Assembly (NCBI RefSeq): GCF_000020025.1
Contig: NC_010628.1
Span: 4,320,001 to 4,352,000 of the forward strand
DNA length: 32,000 nucleotides
Source: Nostoc punctiforme PCC 73102
GTDB taxonomy: Bacteria > Cyanobacteriota > Cyanobacteriia > Cyanobacteriales > Nostocaceae
Reading direction: 5' to 3'
Shown: positions 9,801 to 17,400 of the stretch, piece by piece
How positions within the stretch are numbered: position 1 is the stretch's first letter
How the letters are laid out: the number at the start of each line of letters is the position of its first letter
Program-made: the position numbers and the translations under genes
Notes under the pieces: generated by a model
What the model was told of the DNA's origin: nothing
Seen by the model: only the letters and a program-made list of their open reading frames with translations
Databases searched by the model: none

Positions 9801-10413
9801 AAGTCACGGCAGCATTATGTAGTAGGTTGCCATGACTAAGCATGACACCTTTAGGAGTGCCTGTAGAACCAGATGTATATTGCAGAAACGCTAATATCTG
9901 CGCGTCAATTTCAGGTTGTTGCCAAGAATCTTCTATGCCTTGTGCCAGGTTGTCAGTTGTCAGCCAACATAAACTTCCCTGGTCTGTGTGTTTTGTCAGT
10001 AAAGACTTGACGTTAGGGAGGAGCGTTGTTGTCGTTAAAATAATTGCTGCTTGTGCATCTGCGATAATTGCCTGAATTCTGGGCGTATTACGTTGATTGC
10101 GCGGCGGGTAAGCCGGAACTGCCACGACTCCAGCATATAAGCAACCGAAAAATGCTGTTAAGTAATCCAATCCCGGAGGATAGAGCAATATAGCACGTTC
10201 CCCACTTAAACCAAGGGCTTGGAGTTGAGATGCTATAGCCCGACTGCGACGATCCAGCTCATAGTAAGTTAGCGTTGATTCCTGAGTTTCTCCATCTTCG
10301 AGGAAGGTGAATGCTTGTGTGTGCGGCTGTGTCGAACTGCGATCGCGCAGAATATCGACGACTGTCGTACACTGATGGGAAATTTGGGGAAATATATTGA
10401 GAATTAAAGACAT
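6877..10413 (-). CDS. Fatty acyl-AMP ligase - acyl carrier protein - condensation domain tri-domain loading protein (about 1178 aa from the preferred start)
   Basis: FAAL motifs LQYTSGSTGTPKGVMLSHGNL, YGMAEATL and RTGDLGF. ACP motif LGLDSLRVIEL. Intact C motif MHHIVSDGWS (nt 7891-7914). The ORF track extends to 10545, but the ATG at 10413 (MSLILNIF...) has GAGG about 8 nt upstream, and family similarity starts just after it. Confidence 0.9.
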   Translation of the reverse strand: MSLILNIFPQISHQCTTVVDILRDRSSTQPHTQAFTFLEDGETQESTLTYYELDRRSRAIASQLQALGLSGERAILLYPPGLDYLTAFFGCLYAGVVAVPAYPPRNQRNTPRIQAIIADAQAAIILTTTTLLPNVKSLLTKHTDQGSLCWLTTDNLAQGIEDSWQQPEIDAQILAFLQYTSGSTGTPKGVMLSHGNLLHNAAVTYQIMEHSPESQFVSWLPVYHDMGLIGGILQPLYGGFPCVLMSPTSFLQRPYRWLQAISQYRGTTSGGPNFAYELCIQRITPEQKSTLDLSSWSVAFNGAEPIRSETLERFSATFAECGFRPEGFYPCYGMAEATLMVSGGIKKALPPCKTVAKSALERHQVIEAATSEDIQTFVSCGQSVPQQQIVIAHPETLKPCQPDEVGEIWVSGPSIGQGYWNRPDETKQTFHASLKGPDSRLFLRTGDLGFLDKGELFITGRAKDLIIIRGRNLYPQDLELTVERSHSSLRSGSGAAFSVEAENEERLVVVQELEFRAKPNIEEVIAAIRQAVAEEYEIQVYAVVLIKPGTIPKTSSGKIQRRATKADFLANKLEVVGSSIQKTINIDGNENRLQREALLALTPRKQQPLLESYLQKQIARVFAIPLHEINLQQPLTPLGLDSLRVIELKNRIEDDLEVSVPIADFFEGINITELATKILAKLTTAACIPSVTLTQNRKTTDFHPLSFAQQRLWFLDQLQPGNPFYNISVVMHFQGVLNIAALEQSFNEIVRRHEALRTVFTTVDRKPMQVICPDFTLTLPMVNLRDIPEIHRAAEVHWLATQEARQPFDLTQGSLLRVTLLECSEQEHIMLLTMHHIVSDGWSMGVLFRELTILYEVYSKGQLTPLPELPIQYADYTIWQRQWLEGEVLESQLTYWKKQLNNLPILQLPTDHPRPVVQTFQGRRQSLVLSKSLTDALKVLSQQQEVTLFMTLLATFKMLLHWYTEQEEIVVGTDIANRNQAKTELLIGFFINQLVLRINLSGNPTFEELLERVREVTIGAYTHQEMPFDKLVEVLNPQRTLSSTPLFQVKLVLQNVPMPPLALSGLTASVTEVESQTAKYDLLLNLTEIEQGLMGWMEYSTDLFEAVTITRLLSHFQTLLHTVVVQPKIRLNALKEILVTADREKQIAKEREIKEASVHKFKNVKRKAIEEELALEKN
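6991..8313 (-). other. Canonical condensation domain (lipo-initiation type by position), boundaries approximate
   Basis: LSFAQQRLWFLDQL, RRHEALRTVF and HHIVSDGWS all present. Confidence 0.8.
8371..8613 (-). other. Acyl carrier protein domain
   Basis: PLTPLGLDSLRVIELKNRIE, with the Ser codon at 8488-8490. Confidence 0.8.
8692..10368 (-). other. FAAL (fatty acyl-AMP ligase) domain, boundaries approximate
   Basis: The N-terminal TVVDILRDRSSTQPHTQAFTFLEDGETQESTLTYYELDRRSRAIASQL pattern and AMP-binding cores are typical of FAAL starter units. Confidence 0.8.
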
Positions 10414-11237
10414 TTTCCGCCTCAAGCAATCAGATGCACGTAAACAATGGTGGAATCGGGGAAACCAGATCGGAGCAGGGGAAAACCCCATTGATAAATC
10501 TAGGCGGCTCGGTAAAAAGACATCAAGAAAGCTTGTTGCAACCAATCTCGGTGCAAATCTTTTTTCCTTTTTCCATAAATAAATTTAGTTGCTCTGCGAT
10601 CGCCTACAGAGAGTTTTCTCCCCTTGCTTTCGTAACCGACCCAGCTTCAAGTGCCCTCCTTTTTGGTCAGTCACCTAAAATTTTGGCTCAGGTATATTGA
10701 CAGTTATTTTTAATTAGCACTAGCACTATATAGCAACTTTACTGCCTTTAGCAACTTTAGAGTAATAGAGAATACTTATCAGTAAGAGTTAATAAATTAG
10801 CTGCTACTATTCGATAAACTTCTTTGTATCTCATGGTAAATACAAATGAGCGTGTACGATAAGGTCTTTCTTAATACTGATATACGACCCTAAATGCTAC
10901 ATATTTTAATTACTCAGTAATAGTCCTAAAACTCTTGCTTTATCAAGACAAGTCCAAAAAATTAATGTAACTCAATCGCTCTACTTCTAGCTTAGTCTTG
11001 GTTTATCCCATTAGGTACAAGATATCAGAATATCGACTTGATACTATAAAAATCTTGTGTTAATTGTTACTAGCTAAGAGCAGTAGTATTGTTGAAATTT
11101 TTCTTCGATGGTGTAAATTATTATTTGTTTTTATTTTATTAAGCTTGCTTTTTTAATGCAAATAGATTTCAATACTCTTTAAATGCTAGTATCTGTCAAC
11201 TAGATATTGAGTGGTGTAACGGAGTCAGAAAACAATA

Positions 11238-11507
11238 ATGAAGTCTAAACAGTTTGTTCTCGGTCTATGGCTGACAGGTGCGATCGTGGTGTTGATGACA
11301 GAACCTACTAGAAGTGAGCAAATATCATCACTTCTAGTTCATAAGAGTATAGTGTCCACCGACGCTAACAAAGGCTTTATTCAGCAAATACGCCTGATTA
11401 CCAAAGAGCAGACTGTTGAACCAATCCAACAAATTCGGCAAGTAAGTGAGATAGAGAATCCAGCCAAGAGCGACTAATTATCATTAGTGCAGTCGCCAAT
11501 ACAATAA
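11238..11507 (+). pseudogene. Probable N-terminal remnant of a TonB-dependent receptor (signal peptide plus SEIE-type leader), broken by an in-frame stop; alternatively a small secreted protein
   Basis: MKSKQFVLGLWLTGAIVVLM is signal-peptide-like. The end reads IRQVSEIENPAKSD-stop-LSLVQSPIQ-stop. This parallels the EISRLQELNRSTRTVKEWLAQ leader of the intact receptor at 12819. By recollection, it also matches the LSEIExPxxSAxxLVQSP leader common in Nostocales receptors. Confidence 0.4.
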
Positions 11508-11627
11508 ACACGCGTTCCCAAGAAATCGTGCAAGTTTACGATTATCAGATTCAGTAACCATGTGGTTTTTATCACCTTGGTTTCTGCTGATTAATATACT
11601 GTTGTTTTTGCTCAAGTAGTCTCTACC

Positions 11628-12767
11628 ATGCCTGCGAAAAAGCTCCGTCATTTGACCTTTATTCTGCATCGCATCCTGGGTTTTGCGATCGGATTAATTG
11701 CCATCCCACTTAGCTTAACTGGCAGCTTGATCGTTTTCCAGCACGAAATCAACGAGTTTCAACTGCATCAACAGTTTGGTGCTATTTTGCCCAAAGGCGA
11801 TCGCTTATCACTGGAAGTCGTTCTGGATATTGTCAAAGCTGCCTATAGCAAGCTGCCGGAAATGGCATTGCAAAGGGTTTATTTCCCTACTAAACTGGAC
11901 GATTTCTTTAATGTCGTCATCTCAATTCAGGGCAATGATTGGGTAGAAGTCTACGTCAACCCTTATACGGGGGCAATTCTGGGCAACAGTCTGGATCCCA
12001 ATGCCATACAGGGCTTTCTCCAATTTGTTTATGAACTCCATACCTCTTTGAAATTGGGCGATCTGGGTTTACAGATTGTTGGTATCGTGGGTTTAGTGAC
12101 GAGCATCGTTGTGATCTTGGGAATTATCTTGTGGCCCGGTTGGCGCAAGCTGATAGCAGGTTTCAAAATTAAGTGGGATGCCCACCCCAAGCGGTTTAAC
12201 TTCGATCTGCACAAGGTATCTGGTATTACTACCGCCATATTTTTACTGTTCACATTTTTCACTGGATTTGCCTGGAATTTGGGCTATGTTGACCCTCTGA
12301 TTCGTGCCATTACCTTGAGTCCTTCGCTTCCTGAGCTTGTCTCTGTGCCGTTAGCAGGTCAATCTCCCCTACCTCTGAGCCAGCAGATAAAAACGGCTCA
12401 ACTTGCCCTACCGGACGGAGCATTGCGGAGCATTGACTTAACGACAGATCCGAAAGCGCCTCTGCGATTGCGGATGAAGCTGCCCCAAGAGGTGGAGGAA
12501 TACGGTAAGAGCAATGTCTATCTGGATCAATACAGTGGTCAGATTTTACGAGTTGATAATTCATTAAAGGCATCGTTAGGCGACAAGATTCTCAATTCCT
12601 TCGAGCCACTGCACTACGGCACCTTCGGCGGCTTACCCACTCGCATTATCTATGTCTTCTTTGGTCTGTCTCCGTTAATTCTATTTATTACTGGCTTTGT
12701 AATGTGGTGGTATCGCAAACCCAAGCAGAAAGATGATTATTCTCATAAACAGAGTTATATAAAATAA
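11628..12767 (+). CDS. PepSY-associated TM-helix protein (PiuB/FoxB-type membrane protein of siderophore uptake loci), 379 aa
   Basis: N-terminal LRHLTFILHRILGFAIGLIAIPLSLTGSLIVFQHEI, internal TM helices, and a C-terminal FITGFVMWWYRK anchor. It lies immediately upstream of the receptor gene. Confidence 0.85.
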   Translation: MPAKKLRHLTFILHRILGFAIGLIAIPLSLTGSLIVFQHEINEFQLHQQFGAILPKGDRLSLEVVLDIVKAAYSKLPEMALQRVYFPTKLDDFFNVVISIQGNDWVEVYVNPYTGAILGNSLDPNAIQGFLQFVYELHTSLKLGDLGLQIVGIVGLVTSIVVILGIILWPGWRKLIAGFKIKWDAHPKRFNFDLHKVSGITTAIFLLFTFFTGFAWNLGYVDPLIRAITLSPSLPELVSVPLAGQSPLPLSQQIKTAQLALPDGALRSIDLTTDPKAPLRLRMKLPQEVEEYGKSNVYLDQYSGQILRVDNSLKASLGDKILNSFEPLHYGTFGGLPTRIIYVFFGLSPLILFITGFVMWWYRKPKQKDDYSHKQSYIK

Positions 12768-12818
12768 TTCTCAAATAATCGGCTTTGTTTTAAGAAGTAC
12801 TATTAGGTGTGTGGAGTG

Positions 12819-15413
12819 ATGAAACTGTTGCGATCGCTGTTTATTTCCTGTTTTTTTATTGTTGTGATTATACAACCAACTCAGGCAAAGGAAGTAACTG
12901 AAATTTCTCGTCTACAGGAACTAAACCGTTCCACAAGAACAGTCAAAGAATGGTTAGCTCAGATAGAACAACAGAACCCTCCTGACCAAAAAGAGAAACA
13001 GGAGAGTGAAGTTGTACAAGTTACCTCAGTGAAAGCAAACCCCACCGATAAGGGTTTAGAGGTGATTTTACAAACCTCGAAAGGACAAGAATTGCAAGTA
13101 GTGAATCGCAGTTCGGGCAATAACTTCATCACTGATATTCCCAATGCCCAACTGCGTTTACCGAACGGTGACGCTTTTACATTTCGCTCTACTAGACCAA
13201 TTGCAGGTGTTAGCGAAATAACGGTAACAAACTTTGATGCTCAGACTATTCGGGTAAGTGTGACGGGTGAGGCGGGTGTACCCATTGTTGAGTTATTTGA
13301 CAGTCCGGATGAGGGTATTATCTTCTCTGTAGCTAGTTCTGCATCTTCTGCACAACAGCCGCAGCAACAGCCTCAAACGCAAAACCCTACCCCTTCAGGA
13401 CAGAGTGAGGGGTCACAACAAACACAGCCAACTCAACCATCAGCACAGAATGATGAACCAATTGAACTTGTGGTTACAGGTGAGCAAGATGGATATGCTG
13501 TGCCAGAAGCATCAACTGCAACTAAAACTGATACACCTTTACGTGATATTCCCCAGTCAATTCAGGTAATTCCCCAACAGGTGATCAGGGATCAAGGAAT
13601 CACACGAATTACGGATGCGACTCGCAATGTTTCAGGCACAACGATCGCATCTGGCTACGGCAACCTGATCGGAGATGTTCGGGTTCGTGGCTTCTCTAGT
13701 GGTTTCTTAAGAGATGGATTTGCCAGTCAGCCTTTCTTCATCGATGGCGGCAATATTGAACAAGTAGAGGTGCTAAAGGGGCCTGCTTCGGTACTATACG
13801 GGGCATCAGAGCCAGGTGGAATCGTGAATTATGTCACCAAGAAACCCTTGAGTAATCCTTACTATGCAGTCGATTTAACTGCCGGAAGCTACGACTTCTA
13901 CAAAAGTGCGATCGATTTGACTGGGCCACTTAGCAATGACAAACTATTACTGTATCGCTTGAATGTTTCCTATGAAAACTCCGGTAGCTACAGAGATTTC
14001 ATTGACAATGATATTGTTTTTATCGCTCCCGTTGTCACCTATCAAGTTAGCGACTCAACCGACATCACCTTAGCCTATGAATATCTAAACGCGAAACTAG
14101 GGTTCGATCGCGGTTTTCAACCTTTCTCTGCCTTTTTACAGGTGCCCAGAAATCTGAATATCGCAGAAACTGACGATTTTCAAGATATTGAGCAGCATCG
14201 CCTCAATTTAACACTAAACCATCGGTTTAATCAGAATCTACGCCTCAGAAGCGGCTTTCTCTACCTCTCTGAGAAGCAAGACAGTTTTGTAACTCAACCC
14301 GGAGAACTGGACGCAGACGGTCGCACGTTAACAGACCGATCGTACTTTGGCGGCCCGAGTAACGCTGACAACTATGCATTGCAAACGGATTTGATTGGTG
14401 ACTTTAAAACCGGTTCCATTACCCATCAACTACTGCTGGGGTTGGAATGGCGCAAAAGAGACCAGGCTGATCGGGGTATCAGTGGAGTTTATGAGGGGTC
14501 ATTCGATATTTTCAATCCAGCCTATGGCTTACCACGCATAGCAGATCCCAATAGTTTCTTCGAGCAAACTACCATCACCACTGGCATCTACCTGCAAGAC
14601 CAGGTGACATTGCTCCCAAATCTCAAATTACTAGCTGGCGGCAGATATGATTTTGTGGAATACAGTAGTGGCGATGGTCAATCCGCGCCGACTGAATTTT
14701 ATGATAGTGCTTTTTCACCTCGCATTGGCATTGTCTATCAACCGATTGAACCGATTTCGCTCTATGCCAGCTACAGTAGTTCCTTTGTCCCCAATAATTC
14801 TAGAACTGCCAGTGGAGAACCGCTAGAGCCTTCGCGCGGGACTCAGTATGAAGTAGGCATTAAAGCTGAACTTTTTGATAAACGACTGTCAGCCACACTC
14901 GCAGTCTATGACATCACCAAAACCAACATTCCGACTACAGATCCTGATGACGATCAATTCTTGATCGCAGTTGGAGAAGTGAAAAGCCGAGGAATTGAAC
15001 TGGATATTGCGGGGGAAATTTCACCGGGTTGGAAAGTGATTGCTTCTGGCTATTTAAATGATGCCTTTGTGAGCAAAGATAACAATCTACCCGAAGGTCG
15101 CCGCTTGACAAATGCGCCAACTCAGGGGGCGAGTTTGTGGACAAACTATGAAATTCAAAAGGGTGACTTGAGAGGTTTGGGAATTGGCGCAGGGCTATTT
15201 TTCGTAGGCGATCGCACTGCCAACATCGACGATCCATTAACCCTTCCCTCTTATGTCAGAACTGACGCTTCTATCTCTTATAAACGCGATAATTGGAGGG
15301 CTGCGCTCAACTTTAAAAATATCTTCAATATTAAATATTACGAATCAAACGACTACCTCGTCTTCCCACAAGCACCATTTACTTTACAGGGAACCATTTC
15401 TGTAGAGTTTTGA
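12819..15413 (+). CDS. TonB-dependent siderophore receptor with N-terminal AMIN-type extension
   Basis: Signal peptide MKLLRSLFISCFFIVVIIQPTQA. AMIN-like segment VVQVTSVKANPTDKGLEVILQT...ITVTNFDAQTIRVSVTG. Q/P-rich linker. Plug TDTPLRDIPQSIQVIPQQVIRDQG...EVLKGPASVLYG. Beta-barrel ending in a terminal Phe (ISVEF). The ORF track starts at the GTG at 12807; the ATG at 12819 gives a cleaner signal peptide. Confidence 0.9.
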   Translation: MKLLRSLFISCFFIVVIIQPTQAKEVTEISRLQELNRSTRTVKEWLAQIEQQNPPDQKEKQESEVVQVTSVKANPTDKGLEVILQTSKGQELQVVNRSSGNNFITDIPNAQLRLPNGDAFTFRSTRPIAGVSEITVTNFDAQTIRVSVTGEAGVPIVELFDSPDEGIIFSVASSASSAQQPQQQPQTQNPTPSGQSEGSQQTQPTQPSAQNDEPIELVVTGEQDGYAVPEASTATKTDTPLRDIPQSIQVIPQQVIRDQGITRITDATRNVSGTTIASGYGNLIGDVRVRGFSSGFLRDGFASQPFFIDGGNIEQVEVLKGPASVLYGASEPGGIVNYVTKKPLSNPYYAVDLTAGSYDFYKSAIDLTGPLSNDKLLLYRLNVSYENSGSYRDFIDNDIVFIAPVVTYQVSDSTDITLAYEYLNAKLGFDRGFQPFSAFLQVPRNLNIAETDDFQDIEQHRLNLTLNHRFNQNLRLRSGFLYLSEKQDSFVTQPGELDADGRTLTDRSYFGGPSNADNYALQTDLIGDFKTGSITHQLLLGLEWRKRDQADRGISGVYEGSFDIFNPAYGLPRIADPNSFFEQTTITTGIYLQDQVTLLPNLKLLAGGRYDFVEYSSGDGQSAPTEFYDSAFSPRIGIVYQPIEPISLYASYSSSFVPNNSRTASGEPLEPSRGTQYEVGIKAELFDKRLSATLAVYDITKTNIPTTDPDDDQFLIAVGEVKSRGIELDIAGEISPGWKVIASGYLNDAFVSKDNNLPEGRRLTNAPTQGASLWTNYEIQKGDLRGLGIGAGLFFVGDRTANIDDPLTLPSYVRTDASISYKRDNWRAALNFKNIFNIKYYESNDYLVFPQAPFTLQGTISVEF

Positions 15414-15424
15414 CCCAACCCTAA

Positions 15425-15517
15425 CCTCTCCTTATAGCTGGTTGTGTAATGTGGCGGTATCGCTATCGGGCAAAATCTAGTGCAAGAAGGCAGAATAAAA
15501 TAAAGTTCGTACAGTAA
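15425..15517 (+). pseudogene. C-terminal remnant of a second PepSY-TM gene
   Basis: The frame reads PLLIAGCVMWRYRYRAK..., versus the intact PepSY C-terminus SPLILFITGFVMWWYRKPK. At the DNA level, tgtaatgtggCggtatcgc (15443-15461) versus tgtaatgtggTggtatcgc in the intact gene (about 12696-12714) matches at 18 of 19 positions. A stop codon lies immediately upstream at 15422-15424. Confidence 0.45.
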
Positions 15518-15720
15518 GCTTTTTGAACTAGATAGTTATTTCCGCTTTCCTGCACTAGTAGTCTGTCAAGGTAGTAATGAAAAGTTTGTAGCAAGCACAA
15601 AGCATGCTTAGAAACATGGACTAAAGTCCTTACTACAGAATTGTTTACTCCTCGATTCAAAGCTGACAGACTACTAACGATCTGTCACAAAAATTTTGAT
15701 AGGTAAATCAGTTTTAAATT

Positions 15721-15825
15721 TCTCTTTTCTAACTCTTAACTTCTCTGCGAGACGCTCTTGCTAGCTTGCTTTGACCTAGGAGTATGAGGTTCGTTCTCTT
15801 ATCAATCAAAATTAATCTGACAGGC
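15721..15825. repeat. Dispersed short repeat, copy 2, carrying a 38-nt internal insertion
   Basis: TTCTCTGCG (15741-15749) and GGTTCGTT (15788-15795) are separated by 38 nt here (agacgctcttgctagcttgctttgacctaggagtatga), but by only 7 nt (cctctgt) in the copy at 6759-6787. Confidence 0.6.
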
Positions 15826-15912
15826 TACTAGTAGAAAATTTCCTATCTTAGAACAATCAAAGAAGCTTTGAAATTAACTGATAGTTAATCACCGCAAATT
15901 TATAATCTAAAC

Positions 15913-17220
15913 TTGATACAAGTGCGTACTCTTATTATTGTTTGGCTTAGTCAAATAGTTTCCATCGTTGGCAGTAACATGACCGGATTTGCTTTCACTA
16001 TTTGGGTGTGGGAACTCACAGGTCAAGCTACGTCTTTAGCCTTGTTTGCTTTATTTGCACAAGTGCCGCAAATTTTTATTATTCCCATAGCTGGGGTGAT
16101 TGTAGATCGCTGGAACCGTAAATATTTAATGATGGTTGGTGACACAGTAAGCGGGCTGTTGACCATAACTGTCTTACTACTTTACATAACTCATGATTTG
16201 CAATTATGGCATTTATATTTGGCTGTAGGTGTCAAAGGAACTTTTCAGCAATTTCAAAAACTGGCATTCTCGGCATCAGTATCAATGATGGTGCCAAAGC
16301 AGCAGTACAGTCGCGCTAGCAGCATCAGTTTCCTGGCAACCTCTAGTTCTAATATCATTGCACCAGCGTTAGCAGGTGCCCTCTATGTAGTCATTGGTCT
16401 TGTTGGCATCTTAATTATTGATATCACTACTTTTGCGATCGCTTTACTTACATTGCTGCTAGTACATATACCGCAACCTAAGATTACAAAAGCGGGTACG
16501 CGTGATAGCAAAAACCTGAAGCAGGATCTCTATTTTGGCTGGCGCTATGTTGCTGTACGCCCCGGACTGCTTGCGATGCTAGTATTAGTGTTGCTCTTCG
16601 TTTTTGCCTATGAATTTGGCGAATCACTTGTTACTCCCCTAATTCTGACACGCACTGGTAATGATAGTAAAGTATTAGGTGTTATATTTTCGACAGCAGG
16701 GTTAGGTGGCATTATTGGGGCGTTGCTCGTGGGCATTAGGGGTAATTTGCAGCCCCGAATACATGCAGTGTTGCTAGGTATGGCTGGTGCTGGTTTGAGC
16801 CAAACAGTGTTTGGTCTAGGGAGAGTACCGTTAATTTGGTTTCCTGCCCAATTCTGTTCAGCTCTCAATTTTCCAATAATGGGCAGTGCCGATGACGCTA
16901 TATGGTTAAGCAAGATAAAACCTGAGTTACAGGGACGTGTTTTTGCAATGCGTTCTATGGTGATGCCGATTAGTACGGTTTTAGCAAACTTAATAGCTGG
17001 GCCACTAGCTGATGGTGTTTTTGAACCAGCAATGAAGCCTGATGGTAGTCTTGCCCCCATATTTGGTTGGATATTTGGCACAGGAGGTGGTGCAGGCATA
17101 GCACTCCTGTATGTCATTTCTTCCCTATGTATGTTAGCGATTGGCTTAGGTGGATATGCCTTTCGTGTGTTGCGTGACGTAGAAATCATCTTGCCAGATT
17201 ATGATGTCGGTGCAGAGTAG
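15913..17220 (+). CDS. MFS transporter (EntS/DHA3-like, candidate siderophore exporter), 435 aa
   Basis: About 12 predicted hydrophobic helices and the VDRWNRK loop after TM2, typical of MFS_3/EntS-like exporters. There is no ATG near the N-terminus, so the start is TTG 15913 or GTG 15922. A TATAAT hexamer sits at 15901-15906. Confidence 0.8.
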   Translation: MIQVRTLIIVWLSQIVSIVGSNMTGFAFTIWVWELTGQATSLALFALFAQVPQIFIIPIAGVIVDRWNRKYLMMVGDTVSGLLTITVLLLYITHDLQLWHLYLAVGVKGTFQQFQKLAFSASVSMMVPKQQYSRASSISFLATSSSNIIAPALAGALYVVIGLVGILIIDITTFAIALLTLLLVHIPQPKITKAGTRDSKNLKQDLYFGWRYVAVRPGLLAMLVLVLLFVFAYEFGESLVTPLILTRTGNDSKVLGVIFSTAGLGGIIGALLVGIRGNLQPRIHAVLLGMAGAGLSQTVFGLGRVPLIWFPAQFCSALNFPIMGSADDAIWLSKIKPELQGRVFAMRSMVMPISTVLANLIAGPLADGVFEPAMKPDGSLAPIFGWIFGTGGGAGIALLYVISSLCMLAIGLGGYAFRVLRDVEIILPDYDVGAE

Positions 17221-17400
17221 TCGGTGGCTGAGTATCACAGGAACTTTGAATCGTTTTCAAGAAAGTGAATATGATTACCAAGGTTCTCTAACTAATTGCC
17301 GCTAAAATGTCAGGCTATTGTCAAATTGTAGTGCATCAATATCTTTTGGTTAAGCATCATCTTTCAGGATAATAAAAACAGTTTCGCTGGAGTTTTTAAC

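Noticed and set aside
1307-10075. Numerous 60-77-aa ORFs nested in or antisense to the GT and NRPS genes (for example 1307..1507, 1893..2120, 2235..2420, 2715..3094, 4369..4563, 5205..5390, 8315..8521, 9198..9386, 9612..10075)
   Set aside because: All are contained within long ORFs that carry unambiguous GT, NRPS or FAAL motifs. Their translations are low-complexity with no independent signals.
10414-10700. N-terminal 44-codon extension of the FAAL ORF (to 10545) and plus-strand ORFs 10397..10582 and 10434..10700
   Set aside because: The extension has no family similarity and no RBS, whereas the ATG at 10413 has GAGG upstream. The plus-strand ORFs overlap the FAAL 5' end or leader and show no coding features.
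16608-17189. 193-aa minus-strand ORF, the longest unassigned ORF in the track
   Set aside because: It lies entirely antisense to the MFS transporter gene. Its Pro/Ala/Gly/Asn-rich, motif-free translation is what the reverse frame of a hydrophobic membrane gene typically yields. It has no RBS context of its own.
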